A stretch of DNA of 50,210 nt, counting the filler, from Sphacelaria rigidula (Eukaryota): NCBI GenBank assembly GCA_964200075.2. It is 2 parts of 2 records of this genome, joined end to end, with 100 filler letters (N's around TTAATTAATTAA, not from the genome) between each part and the next. Parts side by side here need not be neighbours in the genome. Positions count along the whole stretch, not along the records: positions 25,163 to 50,210 come from CAXNAA020000182.1; 1 more part is not named here. One strand, 5' to 3'. The notes under the pieces are model-generated. The model was not told the origin of the DNA. It made no database searches and saw nothing but the letters and a program-made list of their open reading frames with translations. Position 1 is the stretch's first letter; each line of letters starts with the position of its first letter. Of the stretch, positions 49,368 through 50,210 are shown piece by piece. The translations under genes and the position numbers were made by a program.

Positions 49368-50210
49368 GATGAATAATGACGACAGTAGGTACTCTACTGT
49401 GCAGTACGCGCATGAACGGCTTTTCCCGGCTTGTGCCAGACTTGTGTAGAAATCGTGTATGGTACGGTTGCACAGCAGGTGGTAGGGGTACGTAGACGTT
49501 ATCAACGTTCAAGTCTCTATTATCATTCGTGGGAACAACATCCTCTCGTAATAATCGACTCGACAGCAGACGGGTAGAAGCACAAACCTGTGAAAAGTTC
49601 TGGAAACGTAGCCGTGGTGGTTGTTATGCCAGCATGAATAAATATTACAGAACCGTGACTTGATGACTGCTTTTCTTTGGCGACACCGTCTCCACGAGAT
49701 TCTCATTTGTCCCTTCTATCTGTGTCGCTGTGCAGTATACCGACCATTAGATATTTTCCTTCGACACAGCTGGTCAACCGCGGGCACTGCCTACGCGGGC
49801 ACCAGGTGCTCATCCTTGGACCATCCACAATTGTTTGATAACATGGAAGTAGTGTCGGAACATTTTTATGCCGGTTGGAATTATACAGTCTAGTCACAGT
49901 AGTAGTGTATACCTTTGGTGTCCCTCAGCAATACGTACAACTCGTTGTTCTCTTCCCTTTGATAGGCAAACAGAACGCCATCGGGTTCACGTTGTGAGTA
50001 CGCGGCGCTCTCCAGCATTGCGCCCTCACTACCATAACACCCATCCCAAAGTCACCATCCAACCACCAAGTTATCTCCCCTGCGGCCGCTAGAACGACTT
50101 ATATGTTCACGTTAGCTCTTGGTACTTTCAGGGTCTAACTCCAAATATTGGCCAGCGCATCCGCCTTTTAAGAACCGGATCGGTGGAAATTCAGAACAGT
50201 ATTTCGCAGG

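Overview
Intron-rich eukaryotic genomic DNA, most likely from a brown alga (Phaeophyceae, Ectocarpus-like). That assignment is an inference from exon sizes, the one-repeat-per-exon LRR gene and the repeat types. The left half is gene-rich: (1) a + strand multi-exon PLP-dependent class I/II aminotransferase, 10 exons reconstructed (2055-7917), one probably using a GC donor; (2) a - strand gene that splices in frame into a protein of at least 2007 aa, with a beta-propeller-like N-terminus, a central kinesin-5-like motor carrying a ~130-aa SP-rich insert, and a long tail with an EF-hand-like segment (16466-8579); (3) a divergently oriented LC8-type dynein light chain (17557-~18435); (4) the 3' exons of a putative ANTH-like protein (23720-20419). 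The right half is transposon-dominated. A tRNA-derived SINE is split by a 12.3-kb TIR element, which holds another SINE and a full-length but decayed Ty3/Gypsy element (GGTT TSD), whose 3' LTR is in turn interrupted by a TTAA/piggyBac-like element. A second piggyBac-like element, several MITEs and two exons of an LRR gene follow. The best novelty candidates are the propeller-kinesin fusion and a small ORF shared by the two divergent piggyBac-like elements. All calls were made by eye, with no database searches.
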